NCBI RefSeq assembly: GCF_000315625.1
Contig: NW_005434533.1
Coordinates: forward strand, 1-35,228
DNA from: Guillardia theta CCMP2712
Lineage: Eukaryota > Protista > Cryptophyta
Direction of reading: 5' to 3'
DNA: 35,228 nucleotides
The notes under the pieces are model-generated. The model ran no database searches. It had not been told where the DNA came from and was given only the letters and a program-made list of their open reading frames with translations. Both the position numbers and the translations under genes were made by a program. Below are positions 18,294 through 31,786 of the stretch, in pieces (position 1 is the stretch's first letter; each line of letters opens with the position of its first letter).

Positions 18294-21110
18294 AACGGCG
18301 TGGAATCAGTTGGAAAGATGGAGTCAGTACAGAGAAATCTGCAGCATCAGTACTTTGCCTTGTCGCAAGGGTCAGCGTCGAGAAGCATCAAAGTAACCTT
18401 GCCTGCCTTCGTTCCACCCTTGAGATCCCAAAGAAGAGTGTTCGAATATTCTGCCTCTTGTCCCATCCTCGGCAGGAGTCGAGCATGCCCTTCTTACGCG
18501 GCTATGATCCACCTCCGCTGCTGGAATCAGCGCAGGAAAACTCGACGACCTTGTGCGTTATTGCCGGCTCGGATGCAAAAAGAGTCTTTTGACGACGACG
18601 ATCCCTTGAAAGATCTCCCAGAGTTCGAAGAGCTTGAACGATTGCAGTATCCCATACCAGAAGGAGAGCTGGTAAATATATCAGGAGATATCTTTCAACG
18701 ACAAAAAAACGGCTTTCGGAATCTGAATGTCTCGGAGGAAGAGATACAGTCTAACAAAGAGCAGGAAGAAAGGATGATGAAGAGGAAACAACAAGAAGTC
18801 GATATAGAGCAATCACTTATTGAGACGGAGTCAAGAATGGGATTTCCCGAACAGGACCCTGAATCTCCCATGGATCTTGAATTTATACGCGAGGAATATT
18901 TAGAAAAAATGCAAGAGAATCTGATTACTCGTCCAGACGAGGTTGTTGCACTTGCTTCTTGTGTGAACCAGTTTACGCCAAACCTGTTTTGATCATTTTC
19001 TTACGATGGACTTCAGTTTGCAGATGAATTTGACCAAATTTGGCGAAACGAAGATGAAGAGGAGCAAGTATATCAAACTCTCAAGAATGAGTCATCCGCC
19101 AAAGACTCAGTGACCGTGGTTGGACTTTCTTTAGAATTTTCTCTGAATAGTCGAAATAAGAGCCTTGATGTAGGAGACCGCACTGGACAATGATGACAGG
19201 GAGGAGGACAACATTATCCAAGAATATTCGCAGGCAATTGAATGGATGCAAGTACAGAAACAGGATGTGGGGAGTGAAGAGGCTTCGAGAAATCCACCGA
19301 TAGTGAAAAGTCTGTATTTTGATCCGAACTCATGATTGCTTTCTCAAACAATCAATAGGCTCGAGACTGGAGAATGAAGATGATATCAAACTGCTAAAAA
19401 AGAAGCTAGAAGATCTTTCCCAGTCTGCTCCATCACAAGAAGAGATGGCGGATGTGAGTTGTGATGTATGCAGATTGACGAACATGACATGGATGCAACA
19501 ATCAGATTGAGCAAAGGCTTGGTTTAGCATACCTAAGTGCAGGAGATTGCAGTCAAGCTCTTGTGCATTTGAATATTGCTCTGAAAAGTGCGTTTTCTCA
19601 ACAGTACGGAAAATGCAAGGTTGTGTAAAGGTTGTCTTTTGACAGTGCGTAAGTCAATTCATGGAGATTTGGATGAAACTATTGCATCCTTGATCAATGA
19701 CATTGGTGAATTCTATATCATTCGAACTGCTTGTAACCAAAGTATATTGCAGGAATGACGTATGATGCTTTGTGTGGTATGCACCAAGCTTCAGCGTCCT
19801 AGGAGATTCATGTCTATCCGCAGAATATCAACTCGCGCTGGATTGTTTCAAGCAGTCTCTACACATCCGCAGACAAGTTGGATCGCCAAAAGTACATGTT
19901 CCTTGTTCTATGAATGTACTGAGCACAGGCAGTATCTTTTAGCTACATGCCATTCCAATATCGCTGGAATTAGGATCAAGATGGGTGAGATTCCTGAAGC
20001 ACTCAAGAGCTTGGACAGAGCATATCAAACACAAAGGTAGTCGCCAATCAAAGCTTTTTTTTATTGACAGAGTTTATGCTGAAGTGAAGTCTTGGAAGAA
20101 AGCCATCCAGCTCTGATTGCAACGATGAAGAATCTTGGATGCGTTCACATTTCACGTGGAGATGGGTACAGGGCACTCTATTACCTGAGAAAGGTGCGCT
20201 TGCTGCAGACGATAGAAAGAACTTATTCTCGTCAGGCATTGAAGGTTGAATTAGCCATGAAGGGTATGCAATCAGAAGACGTCGCGGTCACGATTTACAA
20301 CATTGGCCTCGCTCACTTTCAGGTGCCTATGTGGATGGCAAGAGGTTGTGGGACTAAATGGAGTCATCAAGAATGATAATTACGAGAGGGCCATTCGTCG
20401 ATATGAGCAGGTATGGTTTGTGATCAGGTTGTCAGGGTACTTATGATGTCACACGGTTCAGTCTCTGGATATTCGTCTCAATGTTCTCGGGGAGAGGCAT
20501 CCAATGGTAAACTTTTCACTCATGAGGATTGTCTGTGTGATGAAAAGGGCCAGGTAGCCATGGTAGTCAAGAGCATGGGTCAAGCGTATTTTGGTATACA
20601 AGTCACCTGGTTGACCAATAGTGATGGTGTACTGTAGCTCAAAACGAAAACGAACGAGCGCTCAAGTACTTTCAAAAGGTATCCTGGTTTACGTGGTTTT
20701 GAACCATGCAGTTGAATCGGACTCAGGCCCTTGAGATTGAGAATGGGTATTTCAAGGAAAGCGAGATGCACCTCCAACCAGCTGTAACAAAATTCTACAT
20801 GGCGAAAATCTTGGTCAAGTGAGAGATTGAAAACCATCAGTGACTTGTTTCTGATTCTTTTAATTTTGTGAACAGGGAAAATCTCTTCCAGCAAGCTTTG
20901 GGGCTATATAAGCAAGCAGCATCGACTTTCTCGTACAGATTAGGAGAGAATCCATACACGCAAGAAGCCCTTGATGTAGGTTTTTAGTCTGATGAAGCCA
21001 TCTCACTTCTCACATCACAGGGACAGCGACTTTGCCAGCTGAAGATGACAAACTCCTTGAAAATAGACTTTCCGAAACCTCGTGGCTTGAGAGATAAAGA
21101 TTCGTACTAA
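18240..21110 (+). CDS. TPR-repeat protein (kinesin light chain / nephrocystin-3-like repeats) with acidic N-terminus, many short introns
   Basis: HPALIATMKNLGCVH..ALYYLRKAL; VAVTIYNIGLAHF; YEQSLDIRLNVLGERHP; ALKYFQKALEIE. Confidence 0.82.
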
Positions 21111-21855
21111 TCATTGAACACCGGCCTCCTTCAAAGTGACCGTACTCCCGGATCCGCGCCTCCGTGGCAGCGCCCGATCAGGTAGACCAGACCTTCCGGG
21201 CCGAGAAATTCGGAAGTTGACATAGTAGTGACTGACTCTCAGAGACGCGGCTGCCTGGCAGATCGTGCAGACTCCGCGGCGGGCTCACCGAGTTGGAGCC
21301 CGGCCTGGACCGCCGGGCCGGGTCGCCCCGCCGGGACCCGAGTCACTCAGAGGCAAGGGATGAGGGGGGATGAGGGGTTTATGTCGTCCGTTGGTACGCA
21401 CGCCTCCTCCCAACCTGTCGCCCACTCCCTCCCTCCACGATCCCCTCCGTTCCCTCCGTTCCCTCCGTTCCCTTATTCTCCTCCTTCCCCTCTCTACCTT
21501 CTCCTCCCTCTCCTCTCTACCTTCTCCTCCCTCGCCTCTCTACCTTCTCCTCCCTCCCCTCCGTTCCCTCATTCTGTTCTTTTCCCTTTGTTTCTCCTCT
21601 CTGCACTCTCAACCACTCATCCTTTTCCTCTTATCCTCAACATCAGGGCTGACAGTGTGAATCGAGTTATAATCAGTCCTACCATCTTGCCAGCTCCTCG
21701 CATGCGTATTGCCTTCCCTTGTGCTCGCTGCAACATCCGGTGAGATGCGTCGAGGGGAGGGCTGGAACATCAAGGCTTGAGGCCAACGTCTCCTTGCCTT
21801 GTTTCATAGACGGGGGTGTAGAGTTGAGGTAACAGCGTGTGTGAGCGTTGGAGGC

Positions 21856-22947
21856 ATGAGATCTAGCATTGAGATTGCAGCAAAAAAGATCTGGAGGTGT
21901 TGGAGAAGCTTCAGAAATCGTAGGATCTTCGCGTACCTTCGTCATGCTGTCTGCCGAGCAGAGGACAGCTTGACCCATCAGGTTCTCCGCAAGATCAGCC
22001 CTCTCGAGGCTTCTGTCCTCCGTGATCCAACCCTCAATGCTCGTCTTCGTTTCCGCTTCGGAGGAAGCAACTTTCCGCCGCTCATTCTGTACAAGATCTT
22101 CATCAACGCGAATGTACAATACATCGCCGGGGCCAACCGAATTCTCGCTGGCAGCAAGGCAGCTGAAGATGCTTGTGACATCATGGGGGAACGAAAATAT
22201 TTTGACATCATTCTAAGCGACGTCGAGAACTGTACACCGTTATCTGACTCGGTGCTGATCCAAGACGATCTCAGCCTGCAAACCCGGTTGAAAGAGCACA
22301 GCATGTTGGATTCACATGCTGTGTGGCTGGGTGGACGAGGAAATGGATGGCGGGTGTTGATCGACGACAGGTTCATCATCAACGAGAACGCCCTCCGCTT
22401 CTCTGCCTCCCGAGATGTTCAGAGCGGCAAGTACGAGAAGATCATGGACTCGCTCTTGACGGTAAGCTTTTCACCCTAAACCCTAATCCTACCGGTCAGG
22501 CCTCCTCCTGCTTTGTTGACATGTCGGTTGCAGGGCCTCGAGAGGTCAATCGCCGCACAACATGTGCATGCTGCCGTGCCTGTGAAAAAGAAGTTTGCCT
22601 CGAGAGACACCCTCGAGCGAATTCATGTGACGCAGCAGCGGGTGCGGAGCCAGGAGATGAGGAAACTGTACTCGTCCCACCTCCGCGAGGACGACGACAA
22701 GGAGGAGAGACATGGCTGGCAGCACCGACAACTCAGTCACCCACGAGAAGATGGAGAAGGTCATGGACGGGGACGGGGATCGCTGTCAGGGGACGAGGTG
22801 CTTGACGACGAGAGTCTTGAAACAGCAACCGAGTCCCTGCTGGACTGGGCTGGCGAGCTGAGCTTTGAGAAGTATCACGAGGCGTGGGAGAGAACAGCGG
22901 CTACCATCATGCCGAAGTTCGACAACCCTCTTACAGGATCCCCTTGA
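21856..22947 (+). CDS. CXorf58/C11orf65(MFI)-family protein with IQ-like N-terminus; intron ~22462-22533
   Basis: AAKKIWRCWR..LRHAVCRAE..ISPLEASVLRDP..LRFRFGGSNFPPLILYKIF; C-terminal LLDWAGELSFEKYHEAW. Confidence 0.72.
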
Positions 22948-23004
22948 CGTGGGATGGAGGCGTAGATAGATATGTACTGATGCATTCACTCAGACTAGCT
23001 GCAC

Positions 23005-25569
23005 CTACCACAACACACACTTGTCCTTGGGGTTCATCCTGGAGTTGATCGGGCACTTCCAGTCCCTGGCGAAGTCTTCGTTCTGCGTTAGCGGTCCGTT
23101 GACTCGAAACTTGTCCGGCGAGTGCTCGTCGGTCTGCAAGGCCATTTTCATCGACGGGTCCCGCTCCTTGTCGCACCAGTTCTGCCCATACGACACCCAG
23201 AAGAGATGCTTCTGCCAGATGGCTGGCTTCGCCTGCTCCTCGCACAGCTGAAACGTGAGCGGCATGTCCTCCTTGTCGATCCCTCGGCAGAAGTCGTCTG
23301 TATCAAACGTCAGCGTTTTGCCGACAAGCCTCAATACTTGTACCTTTGAACCAGTTCAGCCATGCGTGATAAGCTGCCTTGAGGCCCCCGAAATCTGCGA
23401 TGTTCTCTCCAAGAGTAAGGTTTCCCTGTCAGCTCGTCAGCGTCATCGGTGTGACAGCCCTCCGTCTCACCTTGACATGCATTCCCAGCATCTCAAACTT
23501 GGAGTAAAGCTTTGCGATGCACTGCCCACGAGCTTCGAACTCATCTACAGTCTTCCTGTCCCACCAGTCTCTTAATCTGCTCTCCTGATCGTACTTGCGT
23601 CCAGTGTTGTCGAACCCATGCGTCAGCTCGTGGCCCATGATCGCTCCTACCCCCCCGAAGTTTCTTGACATGTCGTACTCAGCGTCAAAGAAAGGCTTCT
23701 GCAGCATCCCGGCTGTGATAAAAAGACCGTTGACAGCGTTGTCGTAGTAGCTGTTGACTGACATCACGCTCATGCTCCACCTCCTTCTCTGTGGGGCAGA
23801 GAACAGGCGCGCAAGCTTCTTCATCTTCCTGTGCTCGCAGGAGACCAAGGAATTGTTGAAGTAGGAGGTGGGGCTCACTTCCCAGTCGCACTCATCCCAC
23901 TTGAGAGGGTGCCCGCACTCAAAGAAGATGTTGGCCAGCTTCTCCAACGCAGCTTCACGAGCCTGCTCAGACATCCAAGAAACCTGTTCGAGGTCCTGCT
24001 TGAAGGCATCGCGAATGTAATCCAGCATCGTGAGAGCAATCTTCCTGTCCTCTTCCGAGAAATAGTTCTCGATGAAGAGTTGGTCAACGATCATCGGCAA
24101 GGCGCTCTTGGCCGCTGCTACACATTTGTGCCATCGCTCAGGCTGCTTTGAGATGCCCATCAGGTTGGCGTCGACTTTCAAAGTGGCTTCGAGGAACTCA
24201 TGCGAGAGCAGAGGCGAGAGGTTGTAAACCAAATGCCAGCGCAGATACGGGATGAGACTCTTTGCACTCCGCTTGCCGAAGAAGTCATTCAGCCTTTGGA
24301 AGAATTCCGGGGCTTTCACAACAATATTGTTCCTCTCGGTTCCCACTTGCGAAATCCCCATACGGTCAAACAGCATCGTGAAGTTTACGTTGGGATAAGA
24401 TTCGACGAGTTCCTGTTGAGAGATATGCTTGAAGGATTTCTTCAAAGACACGTATGGCTCCAAACGCTGATAGATCGCCAACTCCGTTTCGATTTCGAAG
24501 CAAATGTCAGCATCTGTGTTTGCTTGTTCCTTCGACAAACCAGCCAGAGTCAGCTGGGTGACAATGAATTCCCGGTAGGCAGCACGATGAGACTTCATCT
24601 CGTCGTTATTTTCAGTGTAGAAGGTGTAGTCTGGAAGAATAAGGCCTCCGGTGCCGAGGTAGAAGTTCATCAGCTGTGGCTCCAGGTTGTCAGCTCCCAC
24701 CCACCAATCAAAAAACGCCGGGACATCCCAAAACTATCGCAGTCAAGTCAGACCAAACGGCACAACATGTGTAGAATCGACCTGAAACTGAGACATGACT
24801 TCCCACAGGTCTTGATAGGTCTCGATATTCGCAATCTGTTCGAGGTAGGGCTGCAACGGTTTGGCTCCTTGCTGCATTGAACTCGATCAAAACAGGCCAC
24901 GAAGATTCGAATCATAAACCTCGTTGACATAGTCCACCATCATGCAAGACCTGTACCAGTCACCTGCTTTCCCTTGGTCTTTCTCGAGAACCTGAAGAAT
25001 TCCATGAGCTCAAGCTAAGTAAACTAGTCGCCACCACCTTCCGCATCTCGTCGTAGATCTTGGCAGAGCCTCCATCCCAGGAGCGTGCAAACCCCCCGAG
25101 GTCCTCAGGTATTTGAACATGTTCCTCAAAACCACCACAAGCATACTATTTCGTGGAAACACGTCAAACCAAGTTCACACCGTTACAAACTAGCACCTGA
25201 TAAAAATCTTCGCAAGGATCTGCACTCAAATCCATCTGTCTCACCTACTTCAACGTGAGTGCTCGACCATCCACGCACTTGTCGTCCACACACCACTGAA
25301 GCTGGGAAATGCGCTGCTGCTGCCCGCCCACGTTGCACTCCAAGTGGCGCGATCGAGACGCCGAGGGGGTCATGCACACTCAAGGTTGAGATTCTCTGAG
25401 ATTCAAGGGAGCAGATCAGCAAGGGCAGGGCAGGGCCATGGCGACTGACCTGAGGTGGGGAAAGGAACGCAATGGATCCTATGATTGAAAGAGCTGCTGC
25501 TGCTGCTGCGAACCCCAGCGAGGCGAAGACAGCGTTCTTGCTGCTCATGCTGTGCAAGCGCTCTGCCAT
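23005..25569 (-). CDS. M13 family zinc metallopeptidase (neprilysin/ECE-like) with N-terminal membrane anchor
   Basis: [51 protein letters not shown]. Confidence 0.93.
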
Positions 25570-26371
25570 GGCAGACGAATCGAGATCTCCCTGGCCAACT
25601 GCCACTTCCCCTGAACAAACGATCGACGTCAGTGCCTTGTCAAGCCTGTGATCTTCTCAACGACCGTCCTTGCAATCACTTTCCCACAGCCTCCTTCCTT
25701 CCTCCCATCTCCTGTGTTTCCGACCATCGAGTAGATATCCGCTTCTTCGGTTCGCACCTCTATTTTGGGGACCATATCCGTCTCCTCTCTCTTTCCTCAC
25801 CCGCCCTCCTTGCACAAAGTTGTCAAGCTACCCAACTGTTGTCTTGCACACGACTCTTTGCACCTACATACTCCTCTTCTCTTCCCTCGACCTCTTGCCA
25901 ACTTCGTTTGACCTCGCCATCTCCATCGATCGTATCTCTCTCCTCAGCCTCTCTCTCCTTCTCTTCCCTCTTCCTCTTGGTTACCTTGCCGTCGGCCCTG
26001 CACTCTACTTCGCCATTGTGCGAAGAGGCACTGAGATCTTTCAGGGTGGGTAGTGAGGTATTTTCGGGTGGATTTTCAGGGTCCAGAGTCATAAGGGGTT
26101 AAAAAGTATGGGGTATAACCCAATAAAACGAAGGTAAAATAGAGGTAGTAGTTTGTTTAGGTGGGTAGTCATTACGAGGGGGCTGAATCACTGGGAGAAT
26201 TCGGGGTGGGGGTATATAGTGTGAGGGAAGGGAGGAGGTACTAGGGGGTGGGACCGGTACAGGAAATGAGTACGGTCATCCATCATTTGTGGTTACAATT
26301 CTGTTGGAGCGTGAACGTGAAGGCGAAAATGAAGCCATGATCATTTCGAAGCATGTGATGAACTAGAAGAA

Positions 26372-26412
26372 ACAAGACAAGACAAGACAAGACAAGACAA
26401 GACAAGACAAGA
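26372..26412. repeat. (CAAGA)n microsatellite
   Basis: Direct. Confidence 0.9.
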
Positions 26413-26764
26413 ACACACGAGGCAACAACAGAACACGTAAGACAACAGCAACCACTAGAACCCCTCGTGGTTACTGGGAACAAGAATGTTCATGATCGGG
26501 CTACGATGTGGTGGAGCGCTTGCATGCTTCATGATGGCAGCGTATGCGATTGGAAGGTACGTGGAGTGTCAGCAAATGACAAAACAAAAGATGAGACGGA
26601 GGTGTTGACTGAAAGTGCTAGAGATAGGAACTACCAAGGTGAAAGGCAGTGTATGAGAACCTTGGATTACACGAGAATCAGTTAGTGGGATTAGGATTGT
26701 GTGGTTTCTTCTGAATGTCTACCGTCTTCCTGATGAGCTACTTGTATCACTGATCATCAAGCTG

Positions 26765-28269
26765 ATGGTGAACCATGGCAGGCATACCAAATCTCACGAC
26801 ATAGCACAAGCAGAGGACTCGAGAAATTCGCAAGAGTCAGACGAGCTTACGGCAGAGGTCGGGAAGCTTCGCAAAGAGCTCGAGGAAATGAAATTGAAGC
26901 GCGAGGCAGACCGTTGTGGGAGAATCCGAGCCGAGAGGGCATTGCGAGAGCAGACAGTGAAAGGCGATAGAAACAAGAAGGTGATAGAGGCTGGAACTAC
27001 TGAACAAGAAGAGACTATTGGGAGAGAAGGAGACGGAGACGATCTCAACCTCTATCGCATGAGGCCGATAGGTTGGCTTCGATCCTGCTATCGGAGAAGG
27101 TTCGGTACTCCTCGACAAGGTACAGTCGTGCATGGCGGCCGGGCGACCCTTAAGCTGACATCGGAGTGTAATCCCCTGATGAGCACCTGTAACCTGTCGG
27201 ATTATTCCCATGTGTGGCTGATCTACATATTTCATGAGAACACCAATTTGGGAACCAAGACTCAAGTGAAGAGCAAGGTAGCTTCAAGCAAAACTTTGTG
27301 CTCGAGGCAACTCACTCGCTCGCTGCGAATCAGGTTCGGCCCCCGAGGCTGGGAGGAGAAAAGGTGGGCCTCTTTTCCACAAGGTTGAATCGCATGCGCC
27401 TGGGTCTGTCTGATCCTTCAGGTCAGGACTCCACATCGACCCAATCCTATCGGTCTCTCTCTCGTGAGGCTGCAGAAAATCGAGAAGGGGGTATTGTGAG
27501 TTTTTTGTCCTTGGTTTCCTCTTCATATTCGTTTGATGCTCATTTTTCAATACACTTGTTTGCCAAAATACTTGTTTGTTGTATGCTGTTTTGTTCAATG
27601 TTCGGATTTGTTGTATATTTGAAGCACATTTATTGAGTCTTACGGCATGTCCAGGCATTTCTCTGGTCTGGACCTCATTGATGGGACACCGATTCTCGAC
27701 GTCAAGCCCTACCTGCCTAGCTCGGACAGCATTCCTCCCGAGCAGGTTGCCATGTCTTACCATCTCCAGCCTCCGACGAGCCCTCGCAGGTGTCAGTGCC
27801 TGGATGGTTCAATGCTCCAGTGGTCAGCGGTCATGAAGCAGTCTTCTTCAGCCCCTCTGCTGAGGAACAGCTCAGGTTCTGATTTCGAAAAATTTTACTC
27901 GGCAGTGAACGTCAATCAGGGATGTGGTAGATGACCTTGAATTCTACGACGATTATGAGACCATCTGCTCTACTTTGAAGGAGGTTGGTTGACTAGAACT
28001 CGTTAGCTCTCTTGTTTTGGTCCATGACAAGCCCTTGTCTTCAAAGGTTCTAAGTAATGATATCCGATCCCTGCGCATGCGGGACTCTGACAGTGCAGAA
28101 ACAGACGAAAAGCCCAACATCCACTTCGACAATGTGAGATTGATGAGGGGATGATAGAAAGAATGCTGAGCTGTTGCCTTCGCAGCTCAAAATTTTCTTT
28201 CAAGTGAGCCAAGCAAACACGGTCGAGGTTACATGTGTCGAGCTCGCAAGAGTGATCAAGAGAGCTTAA
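26765..28269 (+). CDS. TRMO: tRNA m6t6A37 methyltransferase TrmO/TsaA-like, with N-terminal coiled coil
   Basis: PIGWLRSCY..GTPRQG, YSHVWLIYIFHEN, VRPPRLGG..GLFSTRTPHRPNPIGLS, GLDLIDGTPILDVKPY. Confidence 0.9.
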
Positions 28270-29309
28270 GGTACTTGTGCGTCTTCCATGGCGACAAGCT
28301 TATCGTCTCCTCCCCTCCTCTCAGCAGGGCGTTGCAAGCAGCTGTCAAGCAAGGATCGGGGGGCGGTATGGGGGCGGTTCTTACAGCGAACCCCCTCTTT
28401 TGACTACAAAAGTACCGGGTGGTATCATCCTAGGGTAGGGCATAGGTCTCTGTATATAGAAACCTCGTAGGAAACCCCCTCCAGCTGGTCCTAGGAATGA
28501 TGGTAGAAATCATTATACTTTTATACAACATTGCTTAGGAAGATATGAGTTCCTAGAACCCCGTGAAGAGCTGACGTAACCCCCCAGTCATGTACCCACC
28601 CCTCCATTACAAGATACAATGTGGTACCTACCCCTCATTTCTACTGTGCAAATCACCAGCCCCTTATGGGTTCAAGAAAGCCTATGGTCATCAGCTGTAC
28701 AAGATAATTTCTTAGTGTTCTAATCGAATGATTTACAACCATAACCCCCCTACCAGACACCTACTTCAGTTGGTAACCGTCACCTCCTCGCTAGTTCATT
28801 ATGCCTCCTTCAGTATTCCCCACCCCTGGGATTTCTCCAGTACCCCTCCAAACATGACTACCCTACATGGCCAGTGTGGCGAATGGAGATGCGAAATGAG
28901 TTATGAGAGGAGCGGAAATGAGAGAAGGAAGACTGAAGGAGGGGACAAGGCATGGGTTGGTCAAGGTTAGCAACAGATGAGGTAACGAATGTTAAGGGGT
29001 TTGTAAAAGCGTGATGTGAACTGGCGAAGAATGAGATTAAGCAATGGAGAAAGAAGCAATGGAGAAAGCTGAAGCAAACCAGAGAGCAATAGGGATAGAT
29101 TGAACGTAATGTTTGAAACTTTTTGATGCGCCTAAATCTTCTCTGTGCGAAACAGTCAGAGTGAGCTGAAAATCAGCTTGTTTTAGGTGAAATCAGTCGT
29201 TTGGGATCGGAATATTGCTTGTAGGTTTGATCAATATATCATGCCTCCGATTTAGAATCGATTCTGGTTGAAATTTCATCCTGCCTCCTCTCTCAACTAG
29301 TGGAGCTGC

Positions 29310-31632
29310 ATGGTGCTCTGTTCGTGCATTCCGTGGACGCTGAAGAAGCAGAGGGAGCAAGTGAAGGACAGCGAAGAGAAGGACGGAGATGAAGCGAATT
29401 GGCAGCCTCTCTCGGACTACCTCAGCGCAAGTGAGATGCAGATTCTCGGTCAGCTAGCTTCGCGAGTCCGCGTCATGCTGGATCCTTCCATGCCCGCCAC
29501 CTTGCATGGCACCTCTCGTGTGCAGAAAGGCGTTCCCCTCGCCATCGTCAACCCGAACGCGCCAGACAAGCGCTACGTGATTCTGCACGAGCTTATGCAC
29601 CATCAGCTCGACGAGCTGGGCTGCCCGAGCTTGTGCTGCACCCTGCAAGGACGAGAGCCTCCTGCGGACTCGTGGCTGAGACGAACTCAGTTTCAGGTGA
29701 TAACTCTCACTCTGTTCGTGCATGAGTGAAGCTGAAGCACGCGCGGTGTCAGATCTTTGTGCGAGGTCTCTTGGTCCAGCTATGGGAGCTCATCCAACAC
29801 TCGCGCTTCAACTCGATGATCGACCGCGTCTTCCGTTGCGGCCCTCAAAGTGCACGCGATGGCGAATACCGGTGAGCAATCGGGTCACGACGTGTCTGTT
29901 AGAAGCTCATGCCAACAAGTTGCTTGTGTTTGTGTTGGTCCATGGGGGAAGCAGTGCGAGAACCAAGTAAAGAAGGAGCAGGAGCAAGAGCAAGAGCAGA
30001 AAGAGAACAAATGAGGGAGCAGAAGTGGGAAAAATAAGAGGAGGAGGATTTGAAGCGTGGACTTGGCTTGGCTTGACTTGCAATGTCTTGCAGGGGCTAC
30101 ATAAACAGAAATCTGCTGCCAACGTACGGAATGTGTCGAAGTGACGGCCACGTCTCGATCAAGAAGGTAATGGAGATGGGGGAGTGGAGGCTGCTGCTGG
30201 GAGGGTTATCAAGACTGGAGACGGAGGATGTTGCGCAAGCAGAAAGTTGTTGACGAGACAGAAGGAGAAGCACAAGAAGTATCCTTACAGCGCTTAATGT
30301 GTGTGCGTCAGGTTGCTGTGGCGGCGCATGTTGCTACAGTATTCCTCGAGTGCTCTCAGGAGATGAGGAAGGAATTTTTAGGTGGGAAGAGATGACGTGG
30401 AGTTGTCAGTGACAATGACGATGATGATAGAATATGTGAAATACAAGTACTTGGACTGGGAAGAGATAATTGAGGTGATTTTGCTCTGGTGCTGCAAACC
30501 TTAGAAGCTGATCACTCCCCGTCTCTCAGCTCGGCAAGCACATCTGCTCCTGCATTCACCCGTGTGATGTAGAATTCCTCAAGCTCTCAAGCAAGGTCTT
30601 CAACCCTTCCACTTATCCCTCATGCTCTCCCTTTTGTTTCTGACTTCTATCTTAAACCTCCTCGTTTCCTCTCGCTCGCTCTCTCGCTCTCTCTCCTTGT
30701 CTTTCTCTGCTGCTTCGTTTGCTTCCTTTTGAAACTTGCAAGCAGGAGCTCAATACTATCATGTACTCAATGCTCGACGACCTTAAGCTGGTCCTAGAGT
30801 CACTTGACCTCAGGATGAATGTAGAAGTAAGCAATCCTCTCCTCTCTCCTCTCCCCTCGCTCCTCTCCCCCCTCTCCTCTCTCCTCTCTCCTCTCTCCTC
30901 TCTCCTCGCTCCTCTCCTCGCTCCTCGCTCCTGATCTTCCTCCTCCTCCTCCACTTCTTTTTGTTCTTGGTTGAAGCGTAATCTCCTTTCAAAAGGTGGG
31001 AGAGATAAGGCCACTGAAAGTGAAATTCAATCAGCGATGCAGGTTCTCCCCTCCTGCTTATCTTCTCTTCTTGTCCCTCGTGCTCCCCCCATGTTTTGTT
31101 CTGCTCTGCCTCTCGCAGCCATGTCGCTTTGACATGGTCTTGTAGCACGGCGGTTAACATTGACTTTGTCAATCCCTCGAAAACTTCTTCGTCGATGGTC
31201 AGCGCCGGTGGTTTCGGCGGCAGGTGAAACATATTCGCCCCTCCTACATTCTCTTCCTCCTCCTCATCGTCGTGATTGACATCATCTCTGCTATTTCTGC
31301 CTTTCCGCATGCTCATTATCCACTTGATCGTCCTCCTCCCTTGCGCGTGTTGACGCAGTGCTCGGCAGATTCGGCTTCGACACGAGGCAAAGGAAGGAGG
31401 ATGAGGGGGCAGCGGTAGGCAGCAGGGAAGGCGATTGGAGGTCAGGGGGTCTGACATGGGGGAAGAAATCCAAGAACTCCGTTTGCTGCATCGAGACGAT
31501 GGGAAGAAGTCAGCGAGTGATTTTAAGATGCGCCTGCTGCTCGTAAGGCAAGCAAAAGGAGGAGGAGGAGAACGGGTAGAAGGACCTGGAGGACACAGTC
31601 GGCATACTTCGTTGTTATTGTTTCTTTGCTAA
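29310..31632 (+). CDS. Hypothetical protein with HExxH zincin-like motif, multi-exon (3' end uncertain, between 31145 and 31632)
   Basis: YVILHELMHHQL in exon 1; successive GT-AG pairs on the + strand. Confidence 0.55.
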
Positions 31633-31786
31633 ATCAAATATTTGCTGTAAGATCCGAACCAGAGGGACTTGGAAGGGCGGAAAGAGGAAGAGGAAGAGGA
31701 AGAACGGGAAAGGTGATGGAGGAGGAGGAGGAGGAGGATGGGGCGAGGGAGGGGCGAGGGAGGGGCGGGTTGGGGGGTCAACAGTG

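Noticed and set aside
21228-21743. 171-aa Pro/Ser/Leu-rich ORF
   Set aside because: Low-complexity CT-rich intergenic DNA
22474-22486. CCCTAAACCCTAA inside an intron
   Set aside because: Fewer than two units with no element sequence nearby; not supportable as an insertion site
30810-31457. 215-aa - strand ORF
   Set aside because: Overlaps + strand exons and GT-AG introns of the HExxH gene and is partly low complexity
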